Virus record (IMG/VR): IMGVR_UViG_3300033064_006579
Span: 48,459 to 112,458 of that record
DNA length: 64,000 nucleotides
Strand: one strand, 5' to 3'
Origin: a virus
The notes under the pieces were generated by a model. That model was not told the origin of the DNA, did not search any database, and saw nothing but the letters and a program-made list of their open reading frames with translations. This document shows, piece by piece, positions 18,923 to 28,440 of this stretch. The translations under genes and the position numbers were made by a program. Numbering within the stretch: the stretch's first letter is position 1; every line of letters starts with the position of its first letter.

Positions 18923-19312
18923 TTAAATATCCCCCACATACTCGGAATTATCTCGACCGAGAGCGTCAACGTCAATATCGAAAGAATCGATGTACTCGAC
19001 CACGCCACCAACCCCGGTCGACGCCCTCTGCTCATACTGCTTCGCGAGCGACAGGTAGAAAGACGCTACCTTCTTCTTGTCTATCTCAAGCGCTCCCGGC
19101 AGTCTCAAGAGGTATGCGGTAGGGCCGGCCTTCGCGGCGAGAGATCTGCAGGCGTCTGCGGCGGCGAGCCAAATGTCGCCGCTATTCTGTTCGAGAAAGG
19201 CGTCGATATCTGCGTCGGTAAAATCGTAGTCGGTGCCGAGAGTGCCATCGGTCGTATCATGACAATATAGACGTACTTTCCCACGATCTCCCGTTACATC
19301 ATACGTGAACAT
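18923..19312 (-). CDS. Head-tail adaptor/connector protein
   Basis: FTYD....GKVRL...DT......FTDADIDAFL......LAAA pattern. Confidence 0.7.
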   Translation of the reverse strand: MFTYDVTGDRGKVRLYCHDTTDGTLGTDYDFTDADIDAFLEQNSGDIWLAAADACRSLAAKAGPTAYLLRLPGALEIDKKKVASFYLSLAKQYEQRASTGVGGVVEYIDSFDIDVDALGRDNSEYVGDI

Positions 19313-19314
19313 TT

Positions 19315-20328
19315 TTATCCTCCTATTATAGCTTGTTGATAAAGCTCTTGCCAGAAATTACGATCGTGATTGGCTCTTGAATTACAACTTGTGCAAAGAG
19401 TTATCAAATTATTTGGATGGCAATTCTTTTTATCATAATCAATATGGTGAATACACAATCTTTTGCTATTCCCCAAACATTCAGGGTTCTGGCATTTATA
19501 ACCATCTCTCTCTTTCATGTCTTCTTTGAACTCCTTGTCTGCCCAAGCGTCACAATACGGCTCGCACGATATTCCACCTTTCCAGGTTGAACTTTTATCG
19601 CCAGAAAAAGCCAACGACAATTTTCTTTTAGTTTCTTCTGTATGTTGCCTTCCAGTCATTCCATGAGATTTCGCATTTCTACAAGCTGTGGATATTTTTC
19701 GCCTTGTTTCGTTTGTATGCCTCTTGCCTTTCATTCCACATGAAGGGTTTTGTTTCTGTGTTTCTGACATCTTCTTCTTAGTTTTTTCCGAATGCCTCCT
19801 GCCTTTCCACGCGCTTGGCCTCCCTTTCAACGACGCACTTATTTTTCTTTTAGTTTCTTCAGACAGTGGTATACCTTTCCTCATAGACTTCTGTCCAATG
19901 TGTGATTTAGATAGTTTCATTTTATGTTCGTCGGACATTTTCTTCCCCTCGCACCAAACAGAAATCTCGCCATTCCTATAACGCCTTTTCAGTGTTTCTG
20001 ATACTTTTCTCGCGTGTTCACCACACATAAATCCTTTAGGTTTCGGCCTGCCTTTGAGCGCCTTGGAAACTTTTAATTTAAACTCATCAGTGTGTTTTCT
20101 CCCTCTACCATTGTGCCCAACAATATATTCGTTGCCTGGCTCGGCATACTCTTCGCAACCACATCCACATAATATCTTCATCGGAGATTGTGGCCATCTG
20201 CCATGAGCACTGAAGTGTTGCTTAACTACATGCTCATAAGAGGGCTTCTTTCCTTTCCTGTTATGGCCATGAACATACTTTAGCCCAAACTTAACTCTAT
20301 GTTCGCAACCACAATGACACAAGGCCAT
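19315..20328 (-). CDS. HNH homing endonuclease with NUMOD3 repeats
   Basis: CxCGC motifs, multiple H[ST]EETKRK repeats, C-terminal RD.YKCQ...IHHIDYDKKN...NLITLC.SCN. Confidence 0.9.
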   Translation of the reverse strand: MALCHCGCEHRVKFGLKYVHGHNRKGKKPSYEHVVKQHFSAHGRWPQSPMKILCGCGCEEYAEPGNEYIVGHNGRGRKHTDEFKLKVSKALKGRPKPKGFMCGEHARKVSETLKRRYRNGEISVWCEGKKMSDEHKMKLSKSHIGQKSMRKGIPLSEETKRKISASLKGRPSAWKGRRHSEKTKKKMSETQKQNPSCGMKGKRHTNETRRKISTACRNAKSHGMTGRQHTEETKRKLSLAFSGDKSSTWKGGISCEPYCDAWADKEFKEDMKERDGYKCQNPECLGNSKRLCIHHIDYDKKNCHPNNLITLCTSCNSRANHDRNFWQELYQQAIIGG

Positions 20329-20565
20329 TTAATTTTTTCTCCTTCTTATTTTTTTATCGTCGTCACCAAGCATTTTTTTAATCTCTTTTAGCTCCTTCAA
20401 TATGAGAATATTCGACAACGATGAGGCCAAAAGCCAGGCTTCGTAACGAGATGTTGGAACGCAAAATTCCTTTCCAACAAAATACCTCTCGTGCCGATTC
20501 ATAAGTCCCACAAGAGCATCCTCGAATTTATCACCACTCCCCTCCTGCTCTCCCATCTCGCTCAT
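20329..20565 (-). CDS. Hypothetical protein
   Basis: Coupled 78-aa ORF. Confidence 0.5.
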   Translation of the reverse strand: MSEMGEQEGSGDKFEDALVGLMNRHERYFVGKEFCVPTSRYEAWLLASSLSNILILKELKEIKKMLGDDDKKIRRRKN

Positions 20566-22574
20566 TTCATATTCCTCTTTTCTTCCTCCGACATCTCTGC
20601 GGGATCAAGGAACATCCCTTTGTCGACATTAAACACCCAGTTATCCGGCAAACTCAAGCGCTTCTTTTCGGTAAGCAAGGTGTTCTCAATGTTTGCTCCG
20701 GCGAGTTGTTGTTGGGCCTTCAGAGATTCTATTTGCAGAGACATTTTTTCAGTCTCGCTCTGAATCAGTCTAATCTGAAGATCCATCTTGTCTCGCTCGC
20801 TAAACATAGTCCGAACTTTCCAAAGAACTCCGTCTTCCACGATTCTCATGACTGCTCTCCCTCCATGATAAGTTGATCGAACACCGACCCCCTCGATCCT
20901 ATCGTTGAGAAGTTGTAACGACGGTTCGAACGTCGGTAAAATATAATGAGACGATTTAAAGAATAACTGCGCCTCGTCAAAAACATTTCTCATCTTATAG
21001 CGACTGAGACCCACGTTGAAAAGCGCAACCTGGAGCGGAGTCATACCATCGAAATGTTGATATATTTTCATTGCATGCGTGAACGACATCAATGGCTCAC
21101 TGTCCATTGTTGCAACACACATGTGAGTATTGTAAATGGTATCGTTAGGAGCGTATTTAAGCGCCTTCATCATGTTCCCATGCTTCTCGTTTGGTCGCCT
21201 ACTCTGACAAAACCTCGCGAAATGATAGGAGGCCAAAATCCTCTTGATAAGACAAAACCATATAAAGGTTATAGCGAATATAGCGACAACGATCGCAAGA
21301 GGGACGCTTCCGTTCAACTCTAAAATTCCTCCGACCGAATGCCGTGAAAGTGCAACAATTGCGCCACAGACAATCCAAAACATCGATGCTGTCGATGGTA
21401 TCCTCAGGGCAAAGAAAAATATGGAATCAACAAGAAATGCCGTCATTGCAGATAAAAGAATCAACATAAACACAAAGCTTTTGCTGCCAGCAACGTCATT
21501 CAAATATTGAAATCCGCAGTAATACATCGCGCCAACAAATGCCATCCACAATGCAAAACCGATCAATCCATATTCAACAATATTTTCGAGAAAATCATTA
21601 TGCACCTCTCTCGGCTGAGGAGTCAAATATCTCTCTGGATCAAGAAAGCCGGGGTATTTATCATTCAGTGCTGCCTGTGCTCGATAGACATCTTTTCTAT
21701 AATGAAGAGGGCCGCCTCCACAAAACAATCTTTCTTTTATCAATACAAGGGCAGAAGCCCAATAGCAGAAACGGTAACGAAGGGTCGCATACCACACCTG
21801 AGCACCCTTCGGATCGATTTTTTTATTCCAAAATGTATCCCAACCTACAATCAATAGATAAACGACTGCAAAAAGACCGAAGATAACCGCGGCAAGGATT
21901 GCATGAAAAATAAATCCAGATATTAATCCATACCTCGATGCGACCGCTGCAAAAAATAGGGCAGAAGCAGCGAATCCTATTTGACCACCCCTCGATCTCG
22001 TTTTAAAAAGAACGTAAATCGCAAACATCGGGATTATAAGGAGCGCTGAATCGTAAGTGAATCCAGCATAGATACCAAGCCATATCATTCCACAAAGCCA
22101 AGAGGCGAGAAAGTTCGGGTTGCCAATTGTCCCAATCGGATTATCTACAGGCCCGCCGCCCTTCAAAGCATTCGGGAATAAATGGTCAACCCCATGCCTC
22201 TGACAATTGGCGTATATAGCGCAAAACGCAAGTGACCAGGCGGCGATGACCGACATCGATCTGATAGAGTCTTCGTTGAAATAAGTGCAGGCGAGTAAAA
22301 AGGTTATAAGCAGTGGGATTTGAAGCCCGATTTCCTTACGAGCATTATGAAGAGGATCAGACCATAGAACGGACATTGAAATGTAAATCGCGAAAAGAAT
22401 GATAATAGTGCTCGGAACGGTTACTGGTACAAGCCCATTCACCGCCCCAAGCACTATACCCGTGGCGGAGAGCAGGGAGACCACGAGCAACTGTGGAAGT
22501 GCGAATCCGTTGAATAGCGTCCTCGGAAGAAATATTAGTGATGCTAATGGCATAGCTGCCAAGACCCATTCCAT
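20562..22574 (-). CDS. O-antigen ligase/O-oligosaccharyltransferase-like (Wzy_C) membrane protein with TPR-like and coiled-coil C-terminus
   Basis: About 12 hydrophobic segments; GTIGNPNFLA, TRSRGG, R...W..A..LIKE..FCGGG and EVHNDFLE..VEYGLIG motifs. Confidence 0.85.
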   Translation of the reverse strand: MEWVLAAMPLASLIFLPRTLFNGFALPQLLVVSLLSATGIVLGAVNGLVPVTVPSTIIILFAIYISMSVLWSDPLHNARKEIGLQIPLLITFLLACTYFNEDSIRSMSVIAAWSLAFCAIYANCQRHGVDHLFPNALKGGGPVDNPIGTIGNPNFLASWLCGMIWLGIYAGFTYDSALLIIPMFAIYVLFKTRSRGGQIGFAASALFFAAVASRYGLISGFIFHAILAAVIFGLFAVVYLLIVGWDTFWNKKIDPKGAQVWYATLRYRFCYWASALVLIKERLFCGGGPLHYRKDVYRAQAALNDKYPGFLDPERYLTPQPREVHNDFLENIVEYGLIGFALWMAFVGAMYYCGFQYLNDVAGSKSFVFMLILLSAMTAFLVDSIFFFALRIPSTASMFWIVCGAIVALSRHSVGGILELNGSVPLAIVVAIFAITFIWFCLIKRILASYHFARFCQSRRPNEKHGNMMKALKYAPNDTIYNTHMCVATMDSEPLMSFTHAMKIYQHFDGMTPLQVALFNVGLSRYKMRNVFDEAQLFFKSSHYILPTFEPSLQLLNDRIEGVGVRSTYHGGRAVMRIVEDGVLWKVRTMFSERDKMDLQIRLIQSETEKMSLQIESLKAQQQLAGANIENTLLTEKKRLSLPDNWVFNVDKGMFLDPAEMSEEEKRNMK

Positions 22575-22609
22575 CTCTTTTCTGCTCTCCTATTAAACAG
22601 TTGAAACTG

Positions 22610-22999
22610 CTACCCACCAATAGCAACGGGACCACCGAAAAAAATTACTTTGATCACGACAGAGATGATCGCCGTCGACAATATAATGAGTAACCCCCAA
22701 AGGCGTCTAACCGACTTCTGGTTCATCAACACCTTTGATACCAACCCTACGTTCTGTTTACCATCTCCCTTGATGGCAATAGCGATGTCATCTATCGACC
22801 GCTTAATTTCCTTCTGAAAATCAGTAACGGTCGATAGATTTCCGTCAATCTTTTCTACTAACCTCTTCTCAAGATCATTAATTTGTATTGTAAACCTTGG
22901 AACACTGTCTTTGAGAAGAGCAATATTGACTGTTTGAATACAATCATGTGAGTTTTCTTTTTTCGCCGATGAATTCATGATATATCGCTCCGCAATCAA
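22610..22999 (-). CDS. Coiled-coil protein with C-terminal transmembrane helix
   Basis: IKGDGK..VGLVSKV followed by a hydrophobic LWGLLIILSTAIISVVIKVIFF segment. Confidence 0.55.
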   Translation of the reverse strand: MIAERYIMNSSAKKENSHDCIQTVNIALLKDSVPRFTIQINDLEKRLVEKIDGNLSTVTDFQKEIKRSIDDIAIAIKGDGKQNVGLVSKVLMNQKSVRRLWGLLIILSTAIISVVIKVIFFGGPVAIGG

Positions 23000-23045
23000 T
23001 TTTGTTTATCGCCTCTCGAACCTATGGCGGGTGGTCCAACGGCGT

Positions 23046-23453
23046 TTACTCCACAATCAATGCCCAACGAACAGAAAAAGTATTCGTTGTACCAGTTCCG
23101 TGTTGAGTCGATCCTGACTTCGACACAGAAGCCTCCAGTTTGATGAACGGCATGACGGGATTGAATTTTTTTAGATAGGCTCCGTTGGACTGAGGTCCAC
23201 TGACGGATGTGCCAGACTTGACGAGAAAGACGTCGTCCTCCATTGCATAAGTAACGCCTGTCCTCGTGTAGCAACCCTTCCAATAAACGGCTACACTCCC
23301 ACCAGTTCTCCCGCTGTCCCCCTCAACACTGGCAAAGAAATAAGCCTCAGAAATGTCCCTCTTGGCATTGATTAAATTGACAATGGCAGAGCTGACCCCT
23401 GAACCAGGCGTCGCTCCTGTTATACCAGATAAAGTTCCTACTTCGATCAGCAT
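23046..23453 (-). CDS. Putative head-associated structural protein (Ser/Gly/Thr-rich)
   Basis: Downstream of the major capsid gene; five SGx[ST] motifs. Confidence 0.55.
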   Translation of the reverse strand: MLIEVGTLSGITGATPGSGVSSAIVNLINAKRDISEAYFFASVEGDSGRTGGSVAVYWKGCYTRTGVTYAMEDDVFLVKSGTSVSGPQSNGAYLKKFNPVMPFIKLEASVSKSGSTQHGTGTTNTFSVRWALIVE

Positions 23454-23480
23454 AATCTTAACCCCCTTTAATATAAAGCA

Positions 23481-23915
23481 TTAAGTGCCAATCGCAATAT
23501 AATGGACGCTCACCGCCCCAGAATATGTCACTCCAGCCAGATTCAACTTATAAGGAATAAAACAAACTTGAGTTGCACTACCAAACGGTTGACCATGCAT
23601 TGGGTAAACAGTAACAGCAAATCCGGTCACGTCGGTAAACCCAGCAACCGATTTTGACGACGCCGAAGCGATCACATTATCAATTGTAGTTAGTCCGCAA
23701 CCCTGCCTATCTATCGAACCGCCAGAAACGTCGAGAACTCCAGCCGTCATCTTCTTACCTTGCGCCGTAGCATAGGGCAATGCATAACCATCGGCCATAT
23801 CGACCCTGTTTTTATAGATCGTGACGCCAGAGGGACTGGTAACAAATGTCACTCCAGACGCGATACCCCAGTTCCTCGAATACCTTGTGGTTGCTCCACT
23901 TCTTCTTCTTGCCAT
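23481..23915 (-). CDS. Putative head fibre/decoration protein
   Basis: First gene after the major capsid gene; GLTTIDNVIA...VHYIAIGT; SD GGAGG. Confidence 0.6.
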   Translation of the reverse strand: MARRRSGATTRYSRNWGIASGVTFVTSPSGVTIYKNRVDMADGYALPYATAQGKKMTAGVLDVSGGSIDRQGCGLTTIDNVIASASSKSVAGFTDVTGFAVTVYPMHGQPFGSATQVCFIPYKLNLAGVTYSGAVSVHYIAIGT

Positions 23916-23947
23916 GACTTTTAATCCTCCATTTTCTCATTATTTTC

Positions 23948-23993
23948 AAAATCGGGGCGGGGGAGAGAAAATGTAACCGTCCTCTCCCACCCC
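23948..23993 (-). terminator. Probable intrinsic terminator/attenuator after the major capsid gene
   Basis: GGGGTGGGAGAG...CTCTCCCCCGCCCC stem followed by GATTTT. Confidence 0.6.
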
Positions 23994-24019
23994 ACATTCA
24001 CTCACACGAAGTGAAAGTC

Positions 24020-25111
24020 TTACGCGGTCAACTTCAAGCAATGCTTGTCGTCGGTCGCTCCAATCTGCCCATAGAATCGCACTTTGTATTTGAATTTAAT
24101 ATCTCTGTGAAACTCGTCCTCGTGCCCGGCTTTGGCGGTGAAGGTTTGGAGATCCCAAACCTGCGACCAAACATAATCCTCCATGAAATCACCGAGATAC
24201 CAAGTAGAAGTACTCTGGTTGGTGATGTAAGGGCTTGTAAGGGGAGTAAAGGCACCCTTCCAAATATTAACTGCATTCTCAGTTCCCTCAGGTACGAGAG
24301 TTGATTTCTGCATCTGCACAGCCTGAACCCAAAGATCAAACGGGAACAGGGCATAGACATTGGCAGGATCGACGAGAATGTAATCGTCTTCCTCATCTGT
24401 CATATTGTGAAACAGTTTATTCGCCTCAAGTAATCCTTCCTCGCCGAAAGGGGTACTTACTCTCGAATTGATTTTTCTATCACCGGTGGCGGCAACCCTA
24501 TAGAAAGCAGTGGCCACGCCTTCCGGCCTAAATACATTGCTATTAATATCCTGAACCCCCTCGACAATAAGTCTCTCTTTCTTTTGAGCAGCCTTCTTAC
24601 CAATACCCTTGGCTCTGGTAATGACCTGTCCAGTTTTATCGAAATAAATCATTTCCTCGGTCACATCGATGATGCGACCCCACTTAGTATGAGGAACCGT
24701 CACATACTTCTCGGCCATGGTTGCCCGGTTGTACGCCTGACCCTGGACAACTTCGTCCGGGCTTTCAGAGGCATCAAAACCAGCATACGTTTCGACCTCC
24801 ATTTTCGATGGAGAAACCGTAACGAGATTTTGGCCAATCGTAGGAACGGCGTCATACGCCTTGATCAACGTAGAGTTGATCAGCTCTCCCGTGATTTTTG
24901 GGAAGAGGTCGGAAGACACAGCTTCCGAAACGGGTTTTACAAAACCCTGCGCATCGCGCTCGAAAGCATCCCAAATCTCGCGGAGAGAGAAATCGTTTGG
25001 GGTAATATCACCCTTAGAGATCATTTTCCTGATCGTCGCAACCGTTCCGTCGACGCCAAGAGATTCCGCCATATCCCTGAGAGCAACTCCCAATCTATTT
25101 ATCAACGCCAT
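24020..25111 (-). CDS. Major capsid protein (Mu gpT-like, HK97 fold)
   Basis: 363 aa; KWGRIIDVTEEMIYFD, SPYI....WYLGD and KYKVRFYG motifs; follows protease and decoration genes. Confidence 0.85.
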   Translation of the reverse strand: MALINRLGVALRDMAESLGVDGTVATIRKMISKGDITPNDFSLREIWDAFERDAQGFVKPVSEAVSSDLFPKITGELINSTLIKAYDAVPTIGQNLVTVSPSKMEVETYAGFDASESPDEVVQGQAYNRATMAEKYVTVPHTKWGRIIDVTEEMIYFDKTGQVITRAKGIGKKAAQKKERLIVEGVQDINSNVFRPEGVATAFYRVAATGDRKINSRVSTPFGEEGLLEANKLFHNMTDEEDDYILVDPANVYALFPFDLWVQAVQMQKSTLVPEGTENAVNIWKGAFTPLTSPYITNQSTSTWYLGDFMEDYVWSQVWDLQTFTAKAGHEDEFHRDIKFKYKVRFYGQIGATDDKHCLKLTA

Positions 25112-25138
25112 AACTATTTTTCTCCTTCCATAATTTTT

Positions 25139-25660
25139 TTAGGGAACGTCTATGACATTCCCGAATATCCGACTCCACATCCGCATCAGCACTGAGCTCC
25201 GAAAATTGCCGCCGTCCCCGGCGACTCCGATCCAATCTGAGGTAGAACTCGTAATCGCAACTTTCTGGTTGTACAACGTCACCCCCGAACCGGCAGGTAT
25301 GATATAATATAACACCTTGGTGGAGCGTGAATTTCTGAGTGGATATCTGAAAAAACCATCGATATAAACCCCTAATTCCTCAGTCACTCCGCTATCGGAG
25401 TGCCATGCAGCAACACCAAGAAAATTACTGGCCGCAAGCTTCCTATTGCTGGTAAGCGTAAGGATTGAACCCGACACTTTATCAAATGGATAGCCATACC
25501 AATTAGCAGTAGAAGCGCCTCTTTCCCGCAATGCATCGGTTTTATCAAGAAAGACAAAGTCACCCTTATCAATCTCGACATTACCACGAATCTTGACGGT
25601 ACAGATTGGAAAACTGTGCTCCCAAGATTCATTGATATTTCTTCTATCGTAATCGCTCAT
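25139..25660 (-). CDS. Capsid decoration/cement protein
   Basis: I.KGDFVFL...NFLGVA...SGVTE...GFFR; paralogous to 25660-26175. Confidence 0.6.
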   Translation of the reverse strand: MSDYDRRNINESWEHSFPICTVKIRGNVEIDKGDFVFLDKTDALRERGASTANWYGYPFDKVSGSILTLTSNRKLAASNFLGVAAWHSDSGVTEELGVYIDGFFRYPLRNSRSTKVLYYIIPAGSGVTLYNQKVAITSSTSDWIGVAGDGGNFRSSVLMRMWSRIFGNVIDVP

Positions 25661-26175
25661 TAGACCAAAGTGATCATTGAACTTCCAGAGAGCAGGGTCA
25701 TCAGCATGAAATCGACATGCGTTGCGCTTGGCTCATGTTTGACAGCTCTCCCAACTCGGCAACTGTCATGATCCCCACCGTGGCCGATGGAGACGGTAGT
25801 GTTCGAGATAGAAACCCCACCGGTAAAAATGGTTGACGCAGCAACAGTGAGTCCGACTTTACTGAACATACTCGTCGCACTGGTGCCGAGCTTTACCTGA
25901 GCCCTGAAGATTCCAGCGGTAGCAATCGGGATATCCTCTGTAGTTCCAGAGATACTTCCCTTCATCGAAACACCGAGAAAATTCTGCTCGAAGTACGCCG
26001 GTGAAGTGCCATTAAGCTTGGGGTACACAGGGTAGACATAAGAATCGCCAGTTCCACCAACTATGGCATTACCGCGACCCAAAAATATGAACTCTCCTTT
26101 ATTAATCACGTCGTTGCCGTGAACCTTCCCTTTGATCTCTTGGGTATCACCCCTCAAATGTTTTACAACAGGCAT
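25660..26175 (-). CDS. Capsid decoration/cement protein
   Basis: INKGEFIFL...NFLGVS..SGTTE...AGIFR; between scaffold and capsid genes. Confidence 0.6.
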   Translation of the reverse strand: MPVVKHLRGDTQEIKGKVHGNDVINKGEFIFLGRGNAIVGGTGDSYVYPVYPKLNGTSPAYFEQNFLGVSMKGSISGTTEDIPIATAGIFRAQVKLGTSATSMFSKVGLTVAASTIFTGGVSISNTTVSIGHGGDHDSCRVGRAVKHEPSATHVDFMLMTLLSGSSMITLV

Positions 26176-26211
26176 TTTAATTTCTCCTCCTTCTCGTTAA
26201 ATTACTATTGA

Positions 26212-27780
26212 TTACCCACCAATAGTGTCGATCATCTTCTTTCTTGCAGCCTCCATTTTTTCTTCCGAGACTTTACCTTTACCCCTATCTACATCATCAC
26301 CGGTATGGTCGTCGCCGAGATTTTTGACATTTCCAGAACCCTTAAACCACGCATCCTTACGATCAGTCAGGGCTTCGGTAATCTCATCATCAGTCATACC
26401 CATCAAGGTCTTTTTGAAGAAGTCAGAAATTGCTTCTGCCGGCAACTTCAACTCTTCGATCTTCTCGCCAATGAAAGACTCTTTCTTCGAGGCCTTGGTA
26501 TTGGTCTCAAACTCGTCGACCTTCAACTTCAGGGCGTCGCGCTCCTTAGAGAGCTCCTCGTTAGCGGCCTTCAGGTCATCATGAGCTTTGGTAAGCTCAT
26601 CGAGCTTCGCCTTCATCGCCTCAAAATCCTCAGCCAACTTCTTCACCTTCTCGTCGCCATCGGCCTCGGCTTTGATGGCAGCTATGAGAGCCGGATTTCC
26701 CTTCGCCAGATCGGCGATTGTAATTTCGTCAATTTTCATTTCGTCATCCTCCTCAATTAAATCGTTTTCTTTAATAAGATCGCTTTTACCAGACAAAATC
26801 TTGTTAATCTCACCCTCAAGATCGTCTAAAACAGATGCAATCTGCGCCTTTTTATCGGCAAACTTCTTGCCCTTCTCTCGCAAGATCTCATCAATAACCT
26901 CACCGGCATCCCACTGAATCCTATTAACCGCCTGTGATATCTTCCTGTCTTTGATTCGATCCTTAAGAAGCCCCTCTTGACCATCCTTTGGGTTGGTAAT
27001 CAAGAGATTAGTCAACCTCTTGATCATATCCATCTCGTCGAGTTCGTCGTCGAGTTCGTCGTCCTCAGGATAGGATTCAAAAAGGCTTGTAGTGGTCGCC
27101 GCAGCGGCAACGAGATCGATAGACTTCAAAACATCGATATCGAGTACGTTCTCCTTACCGTTGGCATCCTTGAAGACCTTGACTCGGCTGTTGATAGAAT
27201 TACCAATACCAACAGGTTTCATGATAGCCACGTCCTGAGCGAGAGGCCAGAATGCCTCTCTTACCATGAGATCGGCAAAAACTTTATCTCCAATCTGATG
27301 AGCATTGGCAAAAATACCGCCCCAATCTTTCATGTCGCGGACACCATCGCGATCCTTTGCCTCACTTTTGCTCGGGTGGTTGACAAACCACTTCGCGCCT
27401 TCGGCCAACGACGCCAGTTTAGTGATAGCCGGGTCGAGGTAGGTATAGCCATTTTTACTGTGTCGAGTACCAAAAACACAGACATTTTTAATCATCCTGG
27501 TTTCGGCATCAATTCCAGCTTCGTCAACGTCGGCAAAGGGATTCTCTTCTCTAACATCTTTGAATTCCTCTGTCCTAATCAAATGTCCTTCAAATGTTTT
27601 TTTCTTAGCCATTGTTATTTCCTCTCCACCAGTCTGCTTTGTAATTGCAGCTCCTTGAATATGAGCTTTCTGTTTCGCCCTATTCCTTCCACTTTTATCA
27701 CCGCATGCATAATAATATTTCTTCTGACTACCCCATTGAGCGAAACAACCCTTAGAATCTTTTCCTGTTTTAACCGGCAT
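26212..27780 (-). CDS. Prohead protease-scaffold protein
   Basis: SKNGYTY, FVNHP, GNSIN and SIDLVAAAATT protease region followed by a long acidic coiled coil. Confidence 0.8.
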   Translation of the reverse strand: MPVKTGKDSKGCFAQWGSQKKYYYACGDKSGRNRAKQKAHIQGAAITKQTGGEEITMAKKKTFEGHLIRTEEFKDVREENPFADVDEAGIDAETRMIKNVCVFGTRHSKNGYTYLDPAITKLASLAEGAKWFVNHPSKSEAKDRDGVRDMKDWGGIFANAHQIGDKVFADLMVREAFWPLAQDVAIMKPVGIGNSINSRVKVFKDANGKENVLDIDVLKSIDLVAAAATTTSLFESYPEDDELDDELDEMDMIKRLTNLLITNPKDGQEGLLKDRIKDRKISQAVNRIQWDAGEVIDEILREKGKKFADKKAQIASVLDDLEGEINKILSGKSDLIKENDLIEEDDEMKIDEITIADLAKGNPALIAAIKAEADGDEKVKKLAEDFEAMKAKLDELTKAHDDLKAANEELSKERDALKLKVDEFETNTKASKKESFIGEKIEELKLPAEAISDFFKKTLMGMTDDEITEALTDRKDAWFKGSGNVKNLGDDHTGDDVDRGKGKVSEEKMEAARKKMIDTIGG

Positions 27781-27797
27781 TAGTTCACTTTCTATCT

Positions 27798-27826
27798 ATT
27801 ATATAATATCGCTATCCCTAAAACAA
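27798..27826 (-). promoter_or_regulatory. Sigma70-like promoter upstream of the protease/capsid genes
   Basis: TTGTTT-N17-TATAAT. Confidence 0.55.
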
Positions 27827-27831
27827 AATCC

Positions 27832-28116
27832 TCAATCTATGATTGCCATACTCTTGCATTTCATCAATGTGGCAACAAGGTTAGACGCCACTTCGTTATA
27901 ACCATCAACGGTAGGCCAATCAATAGTTTCGACCTCTTCAACGGCTCTACGAATATCAATCGTGAAGCCAAGATCGAAAAAGTTTTTTAACGAGCGGAGC
28001 TTATTGTTCTCGGCAACCTGAGCAAAAAACTCCATTGTTTCTATGGAGCCAAACTCTCCCCTGATATCATCTTCATCGTAAATAAGTATCAAGATTCGGC
28101 CTCCCAATGAACCCAT
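27832..28116 (-). CDS. Hypothetical protein downstream of MuF
   Basis: 94-aa acidic ORF. Confidence 0.5.
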   Translation of the reverse strand: MGSLGGRILILIYDEDDIRGEFGSIETMEFFAQVAENNKLRSLKNFFDLGFTIDIRRAVEEVETIDWPTVDGYNEVASNLVATLMKCKSMAIID

Positions 28117-28367
28117 ACTCCAATATCTGCATGCAATGTGCAGAGGGCGAGTTCAAAATATGTAAGGTTTTCGGTTGGAATAGCATTGTCAACCCTAAAG
28201 TCATCGATTCTGTCGCTCTCTGGAATTTTGAACTCTCTTTTTGTAGTTAAATAATTCTCGATCTCTTTCCTGGTTGCCTCATTGGCAAAAGAAACTTCAA
28301 AGGTTTTATCCTTCTCAAGGTAATTTATATACCCTCTCTTTTTTCCCTTACTAATTTCTACTCTCAT
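28089..28367 (-). CDS. Hypothetical protein downstream of MuF
   Basis: 92-aa ORF; SD supplied by the dispersed repeat. Confidence 0.6.
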   Translation of the reverse strand: MRVEISKGKKRGYINYLEKDKTFEVSFANEATRKEIENYLTTKREFKIPESDRIDDFRVDNAIPTENLTYFELALCTLHADIGVWVHWEAES

Positions 28368-28440
28368 ATATCCCCCTAAAACTAATTCTCGCCGCTCTAA
28401 TCGCCACGACAGTAGGTTTTCTTTCTAAAGCAATAGTAAT
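28367..28440. repeat. Dispersed 74-bp intergenic repeat, copy B
   Basis: Identical to 13914-13987. Confidence 0.95.

Noticed and set aside
22996-23283. Alternative-frame minus-strand ORFs (22996-23283, 16513-16725, 44724-45152 and similar)
   Set aside because: They overlap better-supported genes in other frames and lack SD sequences or motifs
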